This document shows positions 17,429 through 27,700 of a stretch of DNA of 58,433 bases, one piece after another. The notes under the pieces were generated by a model. That model saw nothing but the letters and a program-made list of their open reading frames with translations. It had not been told where the DNA came from and did no database searches. Location: NCBI GenBank assembly GCA_035713285.1, contig DASSZW010000109.1, forward strand, positions 1-58,433, written 5' to 3'. This DNA is from Burkholderiales bacterium (GTDB lineage: Bacteria > Pseudomonadota > Gammaproteobacteria > Burkholderiales > Sulfuriferulaceae). Each line of letters starts with the position of its first letter. The first letter of the stretch is position 1. A program made the position numbers and the translations under genes.

Positions 17429-18866
17429 GACCGCTATCAAATTCGCCGCTCCTGCGCTGTTCCTGGGCGCGGCAAGCGTATTGGGGTTTGCGCCGGCAGG
17501 CTGGTTTTTCATGCCGCTGTTGACCCTGATCGGATTATTTACCTTATGGCAGCGCGAGCGGGCATATAGCGCATGGACCGGGTTTATCTTTGGGCTGGGA
17601 TATTTCGGCGCGGGCGTATCCTGGATTTATATCAGTTTGCACGATTATGGCGGCATGTCTGCGCCACTGGCCGCGCTGGCGACTTTTTTGTTTGCGGCCT
17701 TCCTCGCGCTGTTTCCGGCCGCCGCGGGCTATATGCATCAACGCAAGTTAGTGCTTACTCCATGGGGAATTGCCGCTGTCTGGATGCTACAGGAATGGGT
17801 CCGCGGATGGATATTCACAGGATTCCCCTGGCTTGCCGCGGGGTATTCGCAGGTTCCGGTCAGCCCGCTGGCGGGCTATGCTCCCATACTGGGCGTATTC
17901 GGCATCTCGCTGCTGCTGGCGTGGAGCGCTGCCAGTCTGGCTCATCAACCGCCGCGCTATCTTATGCTTATCGCTATCGTCTGGGGCGCCGGAATCGGCT
18001 TACAGCAGGTGCACTGGACCCATCCTTACGGGCCGCCGGTCAGCGTGAGCCTGCTGCAAGGCAATATCAGCCAGTCCGTCAAATGGCAACCCGGGCATAC
18101 CGCGTCTACCCTGCAGATTTATCGTGCAATGGCAGACGCCAGCCATGCACGGCTGACGATATTGCCGGAAACGGCTATTCCTGAGTTTTATGACGAGGTT
18201 CCCAAAAGCTATCTGGATGCCTTGGCCGCCGACGGCCGTAAAAACGGCGGCGATGTCTTGCTGGGAATTCCGGAGCAGACCGCAGACGATAACTATTACA
18301 ATAGCGTAATGAGTTTCGGCGTTTCCGCCACGCAGGTCTACCGTAAATTTCATCTGGTGCCGCTGGGCGAATTCATTCCCTTTAAACCTCTGTTCGGGCG
18401 AATAATCGAGATCCTGCAGATTCCCCTGTCGGATTTTTCCCGCGGCAGCAGCTATCAGCAACCCTTGCGTATTTCCGGTCAGCGCGTAGCTGCCGACGTA
18501 TGTTACGAGGACGTCTTCGGCGAAGAAATCATCCATCAGCTGCCGTCGGCAAGCCTGCTTGTTAACGTTACCGACGACGCATGGTTCGGCGACAGCATTG
18601 CGCCCTGGCAGCATCTGCAGATCTCGCAAATGCGCGCTCTGGAAACCGGGCGGTACATGCTGCGCGCCACCAATACCGGCGTTACTGCAATTATCAACAA
18701 CCGCGGCATCGTGCTGGCGCACTTACCGGTATTTACACGCGCCACCCTGAACGGCGCGGCGCAGGGTTACAAAGGATCGACTCCTTTCGTATTATGGGGA
18801 AACAGGATGGCTCTACTGTTGGCCGGCATAATGCTGCTGGCGGAGTTTCGGCGTAAAAATACCTGA
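17412..18866 (+). CDS. lnt: Apolipoprotein N-acyltransferase
   Basis: [33 protein letters not shown] and RATNTG. The TTG start is uncertain. Confidence 0.95.
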   Translation: MPLRIKTAIKFAAPALFLGAASVLGFAPAGWFFMPLLTLIGLFTLWQRERAYSAWTGFIFGLGYFGAGVSWIYISLHDYGGMSAPLAALATFLFAAFLALFPAAAGYMHQRKLVLTPWGIAAVWMLQEWVRGWIFTGFPWLAAGYSQVPVSPLAGYAPILGVFGISLLLAWSAASLAHQPPRYLMLIAIVWGAGIGLQQVHWTHPYGPPVSVSLLQGNISQSVKWQPGHTASTLQIYRAMADASHARLTILPETAIPEFYDEVPKSYLDALAADGRKNGGDVLLGIPEQTADDNYYNSVMSFGVSATQVYRKFHLVPLGEFIPFKPLFGRIIEILQIPLSDFSRGSSYQQPLRISGQRVAADVCYEDVFGEEIIHQLPSASLLVNVTDDAWFGDSIAPWQHLQISQMRALETGRYMLRATNTGVTAIINNRGIVLAHLPVFTRATLNGAAQGYKGSTPFVLWGNRMALLLAGIMLLAEFRRKNT

Positions 18867-19133
18867 AGAGAGACGAGTCGTTCCTTCACAAATCCGGGAT
18901 ACTCAAAGATACAGCGTTAGTCTGACGAGTGCATTATCGTTTGATAAAATAAACAGCAAAACGCTGTATAGCGCCAGACTGCATTAATTTTAATATTTAT
19001 CCCGCTCAAAAAAATTCCGCCTTTTTCCCGGCCCGAAACGAGCAAAAGGGCTAATTCTCTGCCTTGGTGGCCGTAAGGTTTTATCCCGTCCATGACTTTT
19101 GGAAAAATCGGCCTCGTTTATTTCCGTAAGTTG

Positions 19134-19184
19134 CTAAATTATATATAATTTAGGGCTTTACAATAAATTTGCGTAGTATAAAAT
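19134..19184 (+). promoter_or_regulatory. 20-bp perfect palindrome just upstream of a putative sigma-70 promoter of the HDOD kinase
   Basis: CTAAATTATATATAATTTAG (19134-19153), then TTTACA (19157-19162), 16-bp spacer, TAAAAT (19179-19184). Confidence 0.45.
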
Positions 19185-19224
19185 CTCAAATGCGATTTAA
19201 TTATCTAATTATAAAAAGACGCAT

Positions 19225-21369
19225 ATGACTTCAACTGCCTCCAACTTCATTCGCTCCATGGAGATCAAGAATCTCCCGACCTTGCCGCACATACTTTTAC
19301 GCGTTCTGGACATGTGCAACCATGACGATGCGTCGTTGAGTTCGATTGCTGAAATCATCAGCACGGATGCCGCGCTCAGCTCCAAGGTGATAAGCGCGAG
19401 CAATACTGCCTTGTACAACAGACAAAATAAGTATATTTCATTCGAAAAAAACCTGGCTTTATTAGGCCTGGATATGGTCAAGACCATAGTTATCAGCTCT
19501 TCGTTTTACCAGGTATTCAATAATCTCAATATTACTCCCGGTTTCGACCTCAAAAAATTCTGGAGGACCTCGCTGACAGCGGCGGTGCTCGCCAAGTCCA
19601 TAGCCCGGGAAGTCGCTTACCCTCATCTCGAAGAGGCCTATTTGACGGGGCTGATGCTCAACATCGGAGAATTGGTGCTTTGGAGTAATTTTCCCAAACA
19701 GTATTCCGCCCTGTTATACGATGAAATCGATGAAATAGAACTTCTGTCGCAAGAGGAAGCGAAATTAGGCCACAATCACTGCGAAGTCGGCGCATCGCTG
19801 GTCACGACCTGGAATCTCAATTCCTTTATCGCCGATGCCGTTCTGTATCACCATAGCCCGCAGGCAAAAATTGTCGACACCCATCCCCTGATACGGATTG
19901 CATATATTGCCAACCGCCTTTCCCGACAGGAAAACGATGACCTGGCAACCGCTGCAGCAGCGGAACAATTACTGAATATCGGCGCCGGCAAAATCGAGCA
20001 GATTATAAATAATGCTCGCGTCGTAGTCGATGAGGTTGCGCTATCGCTGGGTATCGATATTGAAGCCGCATCGCAATCCGCCGGGAATGCCTCAAAAAAG
20101 ACCGAGCCCGATACCATGCGGCAACAAAAACTGCAGCTGGCGCTTGAATTACGCGATATTGTTCTGGTCGGAAGAGGTCCGGTGGCCGGTGTCTCGAATT
20201 CACTGGACGATACATTATCTTCGATACAGCGCTCGGCTCAGATACTTTTCGGTTATCAGGATATCGCTTTCTTCATCGTCGATTCCAGCCGCAGTACGCT
20301 CAACGGGAAATGTCTGGGCGGTCAAGGCATACTGCTCAATGAACTGAGCATTCCGCTTAACAAGAAAAACAGCCTTGTTACCGAAGCATTTCGGACCAGG
20401 ACCAGCACTCATTCGTTCGGTACGGCCGAAAAAACCATTTCCAGCATCCTGGACGAGCAAATCATTCGCCTTCTGTCTACAGAAGGTATTTATTGCCAAC
20501 CTCTGTATACCCAGAACGAAACCGTAGGCGTGCTGATATACGGAATTTCGCCGGCGCAATTGTCAGGAATAAAAAAACAGCAGAAACTGCTTTCGCTATT
20601 CGCCCAGCAATCAGCGCAGGCGATCGCTTTGCTCGACGATTTTGCGAAACAGGAAGCTCGCATCAAATCGGAGATCACCGCATCGGTCCGAAATCAGGCA
20701 CAACAAATAGCTCATGAGGCGAACAATCCGCTCAGCATCATCAAAAACTATATGCAGCTCTTGAGTTCCAAGCTTTCCAAAGAAGATCGCGCGCAGGAAG
20801 ACCTCCGTATTATCCAGGAAGAAATCAACCGGGTTTCGCGCATCTTTAACAATCTCGCCTTATCGCCTGCAGACGAAACAAAATTGCTGGTCGAATTGAA
20901 TGTCAACAGCATTATTTCCGATTTGTACAAGCTGTCCATGGATACCTTGTTCAATCAATATGGAATAAGCATAACGACCGATTTCGATCGCGCGTTACCG
21001 AATATCGTCACCGACAAGGACAAGCTGATACAGATCCTGATCAATCTGATGAAAAATGCTGCGGAAGCGATGCGCAACAGCGGCGGCAACGTGCATATCG
21101 CTACCCGTACGATTACCATGCGCAACGGGACGCAAAATATCGAGATATCCATCAAGGACAACGGGCCGGGCATTCCTCCTGAAATTCTTGAAAACCTGTT
21201 CCGGCCTGCTCAAGCTGCTATAAATAAAAAAGGGAGCGGGTTGGGGCTTTCCATAGTTAAAAACCTGATCGATGAGCTGCAGGGCAAGATATTTTGCCAG
21301 AGCAGCCCCTCTGCAGGGACGTCGTACCAGATATTGCTACCCGACTTAAGCGAAAACAGGCCTGTATAA
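19225..21369 (+). CDS. HDOD-domain cytoplasmic sensor histidine kinase (HDOD-GAF-like-HisKA-HATPase)
   Basis: LPTLP...D.ALS.K....N and AVLYHH (HDOD); H-box HEANNPL, N-box NLMKNA, G1 DNGPGI and G2 GSGLGL. Confidence 0.88.
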   Translation: MTSTASNFIRSMEIKNLPTLPHILLRVLDMCNHDDASLSSIAEIISTDAALSSKVISASNTALYNRQNKYISFEKNLALLGLDMVKTIVISSSFYQVFNNLNITPGFDLKKFWRTSLTAAVLAKSIAREVAYPHLEEAYLTGLMLNIGELVLWSNFPKQYSALLYDEIDEIELLSQEEAKLGHNHCEVGASLVTTWNLNSFIADAVLYHHSPQAKIVDTHPLIRIAYIANRLSRQENDDLATAAAAEQLLNIGAGKIEQIINNARVVVDEVALSLGIDIEAASQSAGNASKKTEPDTMRQQKLQLALELRDIVLVGRGPVAGVSNSLDDTLSSIQRSAQILFGYQDIAFFIVDSSRSTLNGKCLGGQGILLNELSIPLNKKNSLVTEAFRTRTSTHSFGTAEKTISSILDEQIIRLLSTEGIYCQPLYTQNETVGVLIYGISPAQLSGIKKQQKLLSLFAQQSAQAIALLDDFAKQEARIKSEITASVRNQAQQIAHEANNPLSIIKNYMQLLSSKLSKEDRAQEDLRIIQEEINRVSRIFNNLALSPADETKLLVELNVNSIISDLYKLSMDTLFNQYGISITTDFDRALPNIVTDKDKLIQILINLMKNAAEAMRNSGGNVHIATRTITMRNGTQNIEISIKDNGPGIPPEILENLFRPAQAAINKKGSGLGLSIVKNLIDELQGKIFCQSSPSAGTSYQILLPDLSENRPV

Positions 21370-21439
21370 TAAACATGCGCATATAATTATATTTACTATT
21401 GACGGTTCCGTAAAATACTATTGAAAATGGAATTAAACT

Positions 21440-23566
21440 ATGCATACATTAACTGAACGGCCAATGATCTTGGTTGTCGATGATGAACCGCATCTGCGGA
21501 ATAGTTTATCCTCCATTCTCAATCTGCACGGCTATGCTTCATCGACTGCGGAAGGCGGCAAAACCGCCCTGCAAGCGCTGGAAGAGCATGAATTCGAACT
21601 GATACTGCTCGATCTGGGCATGCCTGATATCGACGGGCATAAAGTGATGGAACAAATTGCAGCCGATCAGCACGACACCTGTGTCATCGTGGTCAGCGGA
21701 GACATCTCCATCGATTCGGCCATCAGCGCTTTACGGCTTGGCGCATGCGACTACCTGAAAAAACCCTACGATACGGACGAGCTCATGCTCAAAATCGGCA
21801 ATGCGCTCGCCCGCAGACGCCTGGAAAAAGAAAATCGGCTCATTAACTCGCAACTGAAGGAATCCGAGCGCTGGTACCGCTACATGGTCAATAATTCCCC
21901 GGATTTCATCTATACGCTCGATGAAAAAGGGTATGTCACATTTTGCAACGATCGGGTCGAATCCTTGCTGGGCTATAGTAAAGATGCCGTTATCGGCAAA
22001 CATTTTTCCAAGTTGATTCATTCTGAAGACGTAGAAGCATCACAGCATGTCATCACGGAAAGGCGAACCGACGAACGGACCATCAGCAATACCGAGATCC
22101 GTATCCCTCATGGGTCCGATCCCGCTGTTCTGACGCTGGAGTTCAGTTCGTTCGGCATTTACGATGAAAAAAAGCCGGGGCAGCCTCCCGTGTACAAGGG
22201 CACTTATGGCGTTGCGCGCGATATCACGGAAAGAAAAAAAGCTTCAGAATTAATCATGTATCAGGCGTACCACGACCTGCTCACCGGACTCGCGAATCGT
22301 AACCTGTTCCGCGACCATCTGGAACTGGCCATTGCTCAGGCACGCCGTTACAAGCACATGCTGGCATTGATGTTTCTGGACCTGGATCGCTTTAAACGGG
22401 TTAACGATACGCTGGGCCATGCCGTAGGCGATCTTTTGCTGATTGAAGTCGCAAGTCGTTTAAAAGGCTGTCTGCGCGAAGGCGATACCTTAGCCCGGCA
22501 AGGAGGCGATGAATTCACGCTGCTGTTATCCCATATCGAGAACCAGGAACACGTAATCAGCGCTGCCGACAAAATCATCAAGGAATTCACTGCCCCCTTT
22601 TATATCAATGGTCACGAATTATACGTTCCGATGAGCATAGGCATTGCGCTGTATCCCGATAACGGCGAAACCATAGATACGCTAATCAAAAATGCCGATA
22701 TCGCCATGTATGACAGCAAAGCCAAAGGAAGGAACCGCTATCAGATATATTCAGCCAATATGAACGCGATGTTCGACCAGCGGTTTTCACTCGAAATCCA
22801 GATGCGAAAAGCGCTGGAACGGAATGAATTCCAAATCGTCTACCAACCGCAGATCAATATCGCGACACGCATGATTTCAGGCATCGAGACCTTGATACGC
22901 TGGACCTCGCCGTTGTTGGGAAATCTGTTGCCGATGAAATTCATACCCCTGGCCGAAGAAACGGGGCTGATCATTCCCATCAGCGACTTTGTCTTAAAAT
23001 CGGCCTTTAAACAGGCTCAAATCTGGCACAAATCCGGCTTGTTGCCGCAGCGTATTGCAATTAATATTTCGTTTCGCCACCTTGAACAGGAAGGATTTGT
23101 CGCTTATATCGAGGAATTATTAAAATTATACGGGCTTTCCGCTTCTATGTTCGAAATGGAAATTAACGAAACGACCTTGTTGAACGAAGGCGATCACATA
23201 GTCGAAAAGCTTCACACCCTGACAAAAATGGGCATAAAAATCGCGCTGGACGATTTCGGTACCGGATATTCCTCCATGAATTACCTCAAAAAATTTCCTA
23301 TCAGCACCATCAAGATCGATCAGTCCTTTATGCCTAAATTTATTGGCGATTCGGATAACGAATCAATCGTTGCCGCCATATGCTCGCTGGCAAAAAACCT
23401 CCGGATCAATTTGATTGCAGAAGGCGTCGAACTGGACGATCAATACCGGCTTCTGCATACCTTAAACTGTAATGAAGCGCAGGGGTATCTTTTTTGCAAG
23501 CCGCTTCCCGGCCAGGAAATCACTGAGCTTCTGGTAAAAAATATGCCTCTGGTACCGCAGCATTAA
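21440..23566 (+). CDS. Response regulator REC-PAS-GGDEF-EAL (c-di-GMP cyclase/phosphodiesterase)
   Basis: VVDDE...LLDLGMP receiver, PAS, REGD I-site plus GGDEF, and EAL variant ETL with DDFGTGYSS, KIDQSF, EGVE and QGY. Confidence 0.93.
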   Translation: MHTLTERPMILVVDDEPHLRNSLSSILNLHGYASSTAEGGKTALQALEEHEFELILLDLGMPDIDGHKVMEQIAADQHDTCVIVVSGDISIDSAISALRLGACDYLKKPYDTDELMLKIGNALARRRLEKENRLINSQLKESERWYRYMVNNSPDFIYTLDEKGYVTFCNDRVESLLGYSKDAVIGKHFSKLIHSEDVEASQHVITERRTDERTISNTEIRIPHGSDPAVLTLEFSSFGIYDEKKPGQPPVYKGTYGVARDITERKKASELIMYQAYHDLLTGLANRNLFRDHLELAIAQARRYKHMLALMFLDLDRFKRVNDTLGHAVGDLLLIEVASRLKGCLREGDTLARQGGDEFTLLLSHIENQEHVISAADKIIKEFTAPFYINGHELYVPMSIGIALYPDNGETIDTLIKNADIAMYDSKAKGRNRYQIYSANMNAMFDQRFSLEIQMRKALERNEFQIVYQPQINIATRMISGIETLIRWTSPLLGNLLPMKFIPLAEETGLIIPISDFVLKSAFKQAQIWHKSGLLPQRIAINISFRHLEQEGFVAYIEELLKLYGLSASMFEMEINETTLLNEGDHIVEKLHTLTKMGIKIALDDFGTGYSSMNYLKKFPISTIKIDQSFMPKFIGDSDNESIVAAICSLAKNLRINLIAEGVELDDQYRLLHTLNCNEAQGYLFCKPLPGQEITELLVKNMPLVPQH

Positions 23567-23604
23567 TAAATCCCCCGTCGACCACCAACCGACATCATCG
23601 GTCG

Positions 23605-23853
23605 CTAAACGGAACTTTCTGCCGTGCTGTCTGCTTTCATAATATTCAAACCGTTCCAGTCCTGTTTTATCCACTCGATAAACCGTTTCGTACGCGCCGG
23701 AAGTAGCCGGGCATGCGGATAGACGATATTAACGGGGCGCGGCGGCGGCTCGAATGATTCCAGTACAACTTGCAGCTGTTGCTGCCCGATGGCATGAGCA
23801 ATCTGGTATGAAATAAACATGCCGAAGCCGTGCCCGGCTTTGCAGGCATCTGC
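23605..23853 (-). pseudogene. C-terminal remnant of a LysR-type regulator
   Basis: DACKAGHGFGMFISYQIA...LQVVLESFEPPPRPVNIVYPHARLLPARTKRFIEW is the end of a CrgA-like substrate-binding domain. In-frame stop at 23869-23871 upstream and no HTH. Confidence 0.85.
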
Positions 23854-23925
23854 AACCGGAAATGCGCTTTATTCAGAAAATAATCATGGGTACACTGTCT
23901 GCGTTAACCAAACAAGGAGCTTTTC

Positions 23926-24561
23926 ATGCGCGCCAATGTTCCGGCTCAATCTATAAAACTGCATCGTTATTTGCTGTCAGGCCATAGCCATCGGGTCGAG
24001 CTGTTTTTATCGTTACTTGAGTTGCCCTATGCGCTGATGGAAGTCAACCTTAAAACCGGAGCGCAAAAACATCCGCAGTTTCTTGCCATGAATCCTTTCG
24101 GGCAGGTTCCGGTAATTCAGGATGGGGATATTATCGTTGGGGATTCAAATGCTATTTTGGTCTATCTGGCGACCAGATACGGCCACGACAGCTGGCTGCC
24201 GCGAGACCCGTTTGCTGCGGCAGCCGTCCAGCGCTGGCTTTCTGTCGCGGCAGGCCCGCTGGCATCCGGACCTGCCGCAGCCCGACGCGCCGCCATTAAT
24301 AACATCCCCGTCCCCCCTGAGGCGGTGGAACGATCGCAGTCCCTGTTTTCTGTAATGGACTCGGAGTTGAAAAACCGGTCATTTCTGGTCGGGTCTATTC
24401 CTACCATCGCTGATATCGCCAATTATACCTATAGCGCTCATGCCGAAGAAGGCGGCATTTCTCTCGCTCCTTACCCTCGATTACGCAACTGGTTGCGACG
24501 TATCGAAGCATTGCCGGGCTTTATCCCCATGACCAGATCAAATAACGGTTTGGCTGTCTGA
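23926..24561 (+). CDS. Glutathione S-transferase
   Basis: SGHSHRV, NPFGQVPV, DSNAILVYLA and PTIADIA motifs; AAGGAG RBS. Confidence 0.93.
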   Translation: MRANVPAQSIKLHRYLLSGHSHRVELFLSLLELPYALMEVNLKTGAQKHPQFLAMNPFGQVPVIQDGDIIVGDSNAILVYLATRYGHDSWLPRDPFAAAAVQRWLSVAAGPLASGPAAARRAAINNIPVPPEAVERSQSLFSVMDSELKNRSFLVGSIPTIADIANYTYSAHAEEGGISLAPYPRLRNWLRRIEALPGFIPMTRSNNGLAV

Positions 24562-24562
24562 A

Positions 24563-24640
24563 ATGCCTGCTTCGAACGAAACGTGAGTTGAAGACGAATG
24601 CCTGATGCAGCAATTGGTCGGCGTTCGCGAGCGGTTAGCG
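24563..24640 (+). pseudogene. N-terminal remnant of a pyridoxamine-5'-phosphate-oxidase-like FMN-binding protein
   Basis: ATG 1 nt after the GST stop reads MPASNET*VEDECLMQQLVGVRERLA, resembling the (W/F)HxGExxxQxxxGVRExxA start of this family, with TGA where TGG is expected. Confidence 0.55.
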
Positions 24641-24741
24641 TGCTTTTTTCGCCTTTCTGTTGAATATGTTTGCGTGAACGTATTCAAACACCGGAAATAC
24701 TAAATGCCTGATCGTTTTCAATCGAGCCAAAACAATAACTA

Positions 24742-27700
24742 TTACTCGGCCGGTCTGGGCTGCCCGACAGCCGGCGCAGCAGGCGGCATTGCTGTCCGGC
24801 TGACGCCCAGGCTCAGCTTGGTGTTGACTGTCTGGTCGGTCGCGCTGCCTGCTACGGGAGCCGCTACACTTAAATGATCGGGCGCAACGCCGTCAGCGAG
24901 CAATGCTTGCCTGATGACGTCGCCGCGCTGTTGCGCCAGACGTTGCAATTCATCGTCGGCGACGGGGATTTGCAGCATGAGCTGTTCCAGCAATGCGGCG
25001 TACAGCGCGCTGCCGTTGGCTTCGGGTTTGCCGTAACCGGCTTTCACCTGCTTGAACTGGTCGTGTTTCAGCCTCGCTTCGGCCAGCGTCAGTACTGCTT
25101 TCTGCGCCTTGGGATTGGTCAGATCAATCGGACCGGGTTTTTCGCCCGGCGCCAGTTTCAGCCCCATGGTTTTAGTCACCTCGCGACGTATCGACTGCCT
25201 TTCGATGGCGCGCGCGTCGGCGCTTCCGGCGTAGACCGGTTCCACCGTCAGGGCCAATGCCGGACGTTTGCCCATCGCCTGCGCCACCGATTTCAGCTTT
25301 TCCTGTTCCGGCGGCAGCAACTTGGCGCTGCCGGCGTCGAATGACACAACTTCAAGTTTATCCGGGCTGACGCCCAGCAGGTGGCCGAGTACGCGAAAGG
25401 GTGCGCTGGCCAGTTTGGTCAGTACATTGACGAATGCTTTCCAGAGGATGCGCCCGTAGCTGAACTGCGGATCGTCGAGGTTGCCGGACACAGGCAGATT
25501 CAGGTTGATGACGCCGTTGCTGTCCTGCAGCAAGGCGATGGCGAGATCGAGCGGAAGATGCGTGGCGTAGGGACTGTCGACGTGTTCGCCCAATCGCAGC
25601 TTGTTCATGATGAACTGGTTTTCGCCCAGCAGCTGACGGTTCCTGATCTTGTATTCGAGATCGACAGAAAGCCTGCCGGACAGTATCTTGCGTCCGGCAA
25701 ACTTGCCGGAATACGGAGTCAGCCGGTTCATTTCGAGATTGCGGAAGCTTAGCGTCAAGTCAGTAAAATCGGTGGCGTGGAACGGCTGCAGCGAACCCCG
25801 GATGCTGGCCGATCCGTATCGCTCGACGATGCCGTCAAGTTCGACCTGCGACACCGTGGCGGGATTGCTCGACAGCCCGTTGATGACGCCGGACAGAGAA
25901 TGGATGTCGGTACCGAACTGGGGCGTGAGCGACAGATCGGCAAATTCCAGGCCGGCGTTGTCGATACGGATGCGTTCGATGCTGATTGGAAACGTGTCCC
26001 GGGCGGACGCCGAGCGGCTAATGGCGACAGAAGCGGTCGCATTCGGCGCGGCGACCGGAGGTGCGCTCCCTGCCGCAGCCGGCGGCGGCGCTTCACTGCG
26101 CAGCAAGCGGGTCAGGTTGAGCGTTTTATCGGGGAAGATGATGATCTTGCCGACGGGTTTGACCGCGCGCAGGGTACCGATATGCAGGCTGGAGGGTGCG
26201 AGCTTGAGCGTCAGGTCGTCGCTGGAGAGGCGCTGCCAGGAAAGAAATCGCGCGCCGCCTTCCTCTTCGGTGATGCCGAGCTTGTCGACGGCGAAACCGC
26301 CGGCATAGTCGAGGGCCGGTTTTTTGCCTTGCCGCAACGTCAGCGTGCCCGTGCTGCTGGCGCTGCCGCTATTCAGTTTAAGTCGCGCAATCCGGTTGAT
26401 ATACGGCGCAAACGGTTTAAGGGAAAGCGCGCTGAGTTTGAGTTTCAAAACGCCGCTCAGCGGTGCGGGAACTATCGTACCGCGCGCGTCAAAACTTCCT
26501 CCCTGCTCGACCTTGAAGTGCGCCGCCACGGGTATTGGTTTACGTAAATCCAGCGACAGATCGTGCGCGGCAAGGTTGGCCTGAACAATGTCTAGCGCCA
26601 CCGTTTTGCCCTTGGCACGGTCTTCAAAATGCAGCGCGGCATTCTCCAGCGCGGCGCGTTGCAGCGCTAGCGTCCAGGCTGCGGGTTTTGCTGTTCTGAT
26701 AGGACGTCTAACCGTCGAATTCAGTGCCGGATTTGTTTTCGCAGCCGGTTTCAGCGGCTGAAATGCGGCTTGCAAGGCCAGCCCTTTACCGCTCTGTTTG
26801 ATGATGTCGGAACGTAAGCCGCTGGCGACAATCGCGCGCAGCGTGACGGCGCGCTTCGCTAAATCCAGTTCCCCGTTTTCAATCCGCAGTTGCCGGAGCG
26901 TCGCGGCGGGTTTGTTACTGCGCGCAGAGAGCAGGGTGATCGGTCCGGCCGCGCTGTTCAGCCCGCTTAGCCGGAGCGCGCCGCTTGCGTTGGACAGCGC
27001 AAAATCCGAATTGAAATTGCTTGCATCAACGCTCAGCGGATATCGAAAACCACGATCGATATAATGCGCCTGCCAGTTTCGCAGTTCTACGGCGGCAATA
27101 TCGAATACAAACGGGCGGGGAGGGGGGATAGACGGGGCAGCCGGCGGCGCAGGGGATGCAGAAGACGGCGCGCCAGGAACCATGGCGCGCTGCCAGTCGA
27201 TGACGCCATCGGCGCTGCGGCTGGCGTGGATATCGCCGCCGGTAAACGTCATTCGGGCGATCTGGACGCGCCGCGTGGCGAGGTCGAAATCGACCCCGCT
27301 GGCTCGTGCCTGCGCCAGATCAAACAGCGGTTTGCCAGACTGCTTCAAATGCATGGCGGTCAATTGCGCGGTCAAATCCTTGAAACGCAGCGTGGTTCCG
27401 GACCGGGTGGCCAAATCGACGCGCGGTGCCTGCACAAACAACTGTTGTGCTGTCAATCCGGAAGCGCCGCCAGCTGCCGTTGCGGCGAAATTTTTGAGGC
27501 CAAGGGCAATGTGCGTCAGCATGACTCGGGGTTGGTCTTTGACCATCGAAAAACGGTACGCCAGCCGGGTATCGATTACTCCGGCAGTGGGTGTGAGCGG
27601 CAGTTCGGCCTGTTTTACAGCGCGCACCAGCTCGGCGAGCTTGACGCCTTCCAGTGCCACCCGACCGGACGAGACTACCGGGTTCAATCCTATTTTTCCA

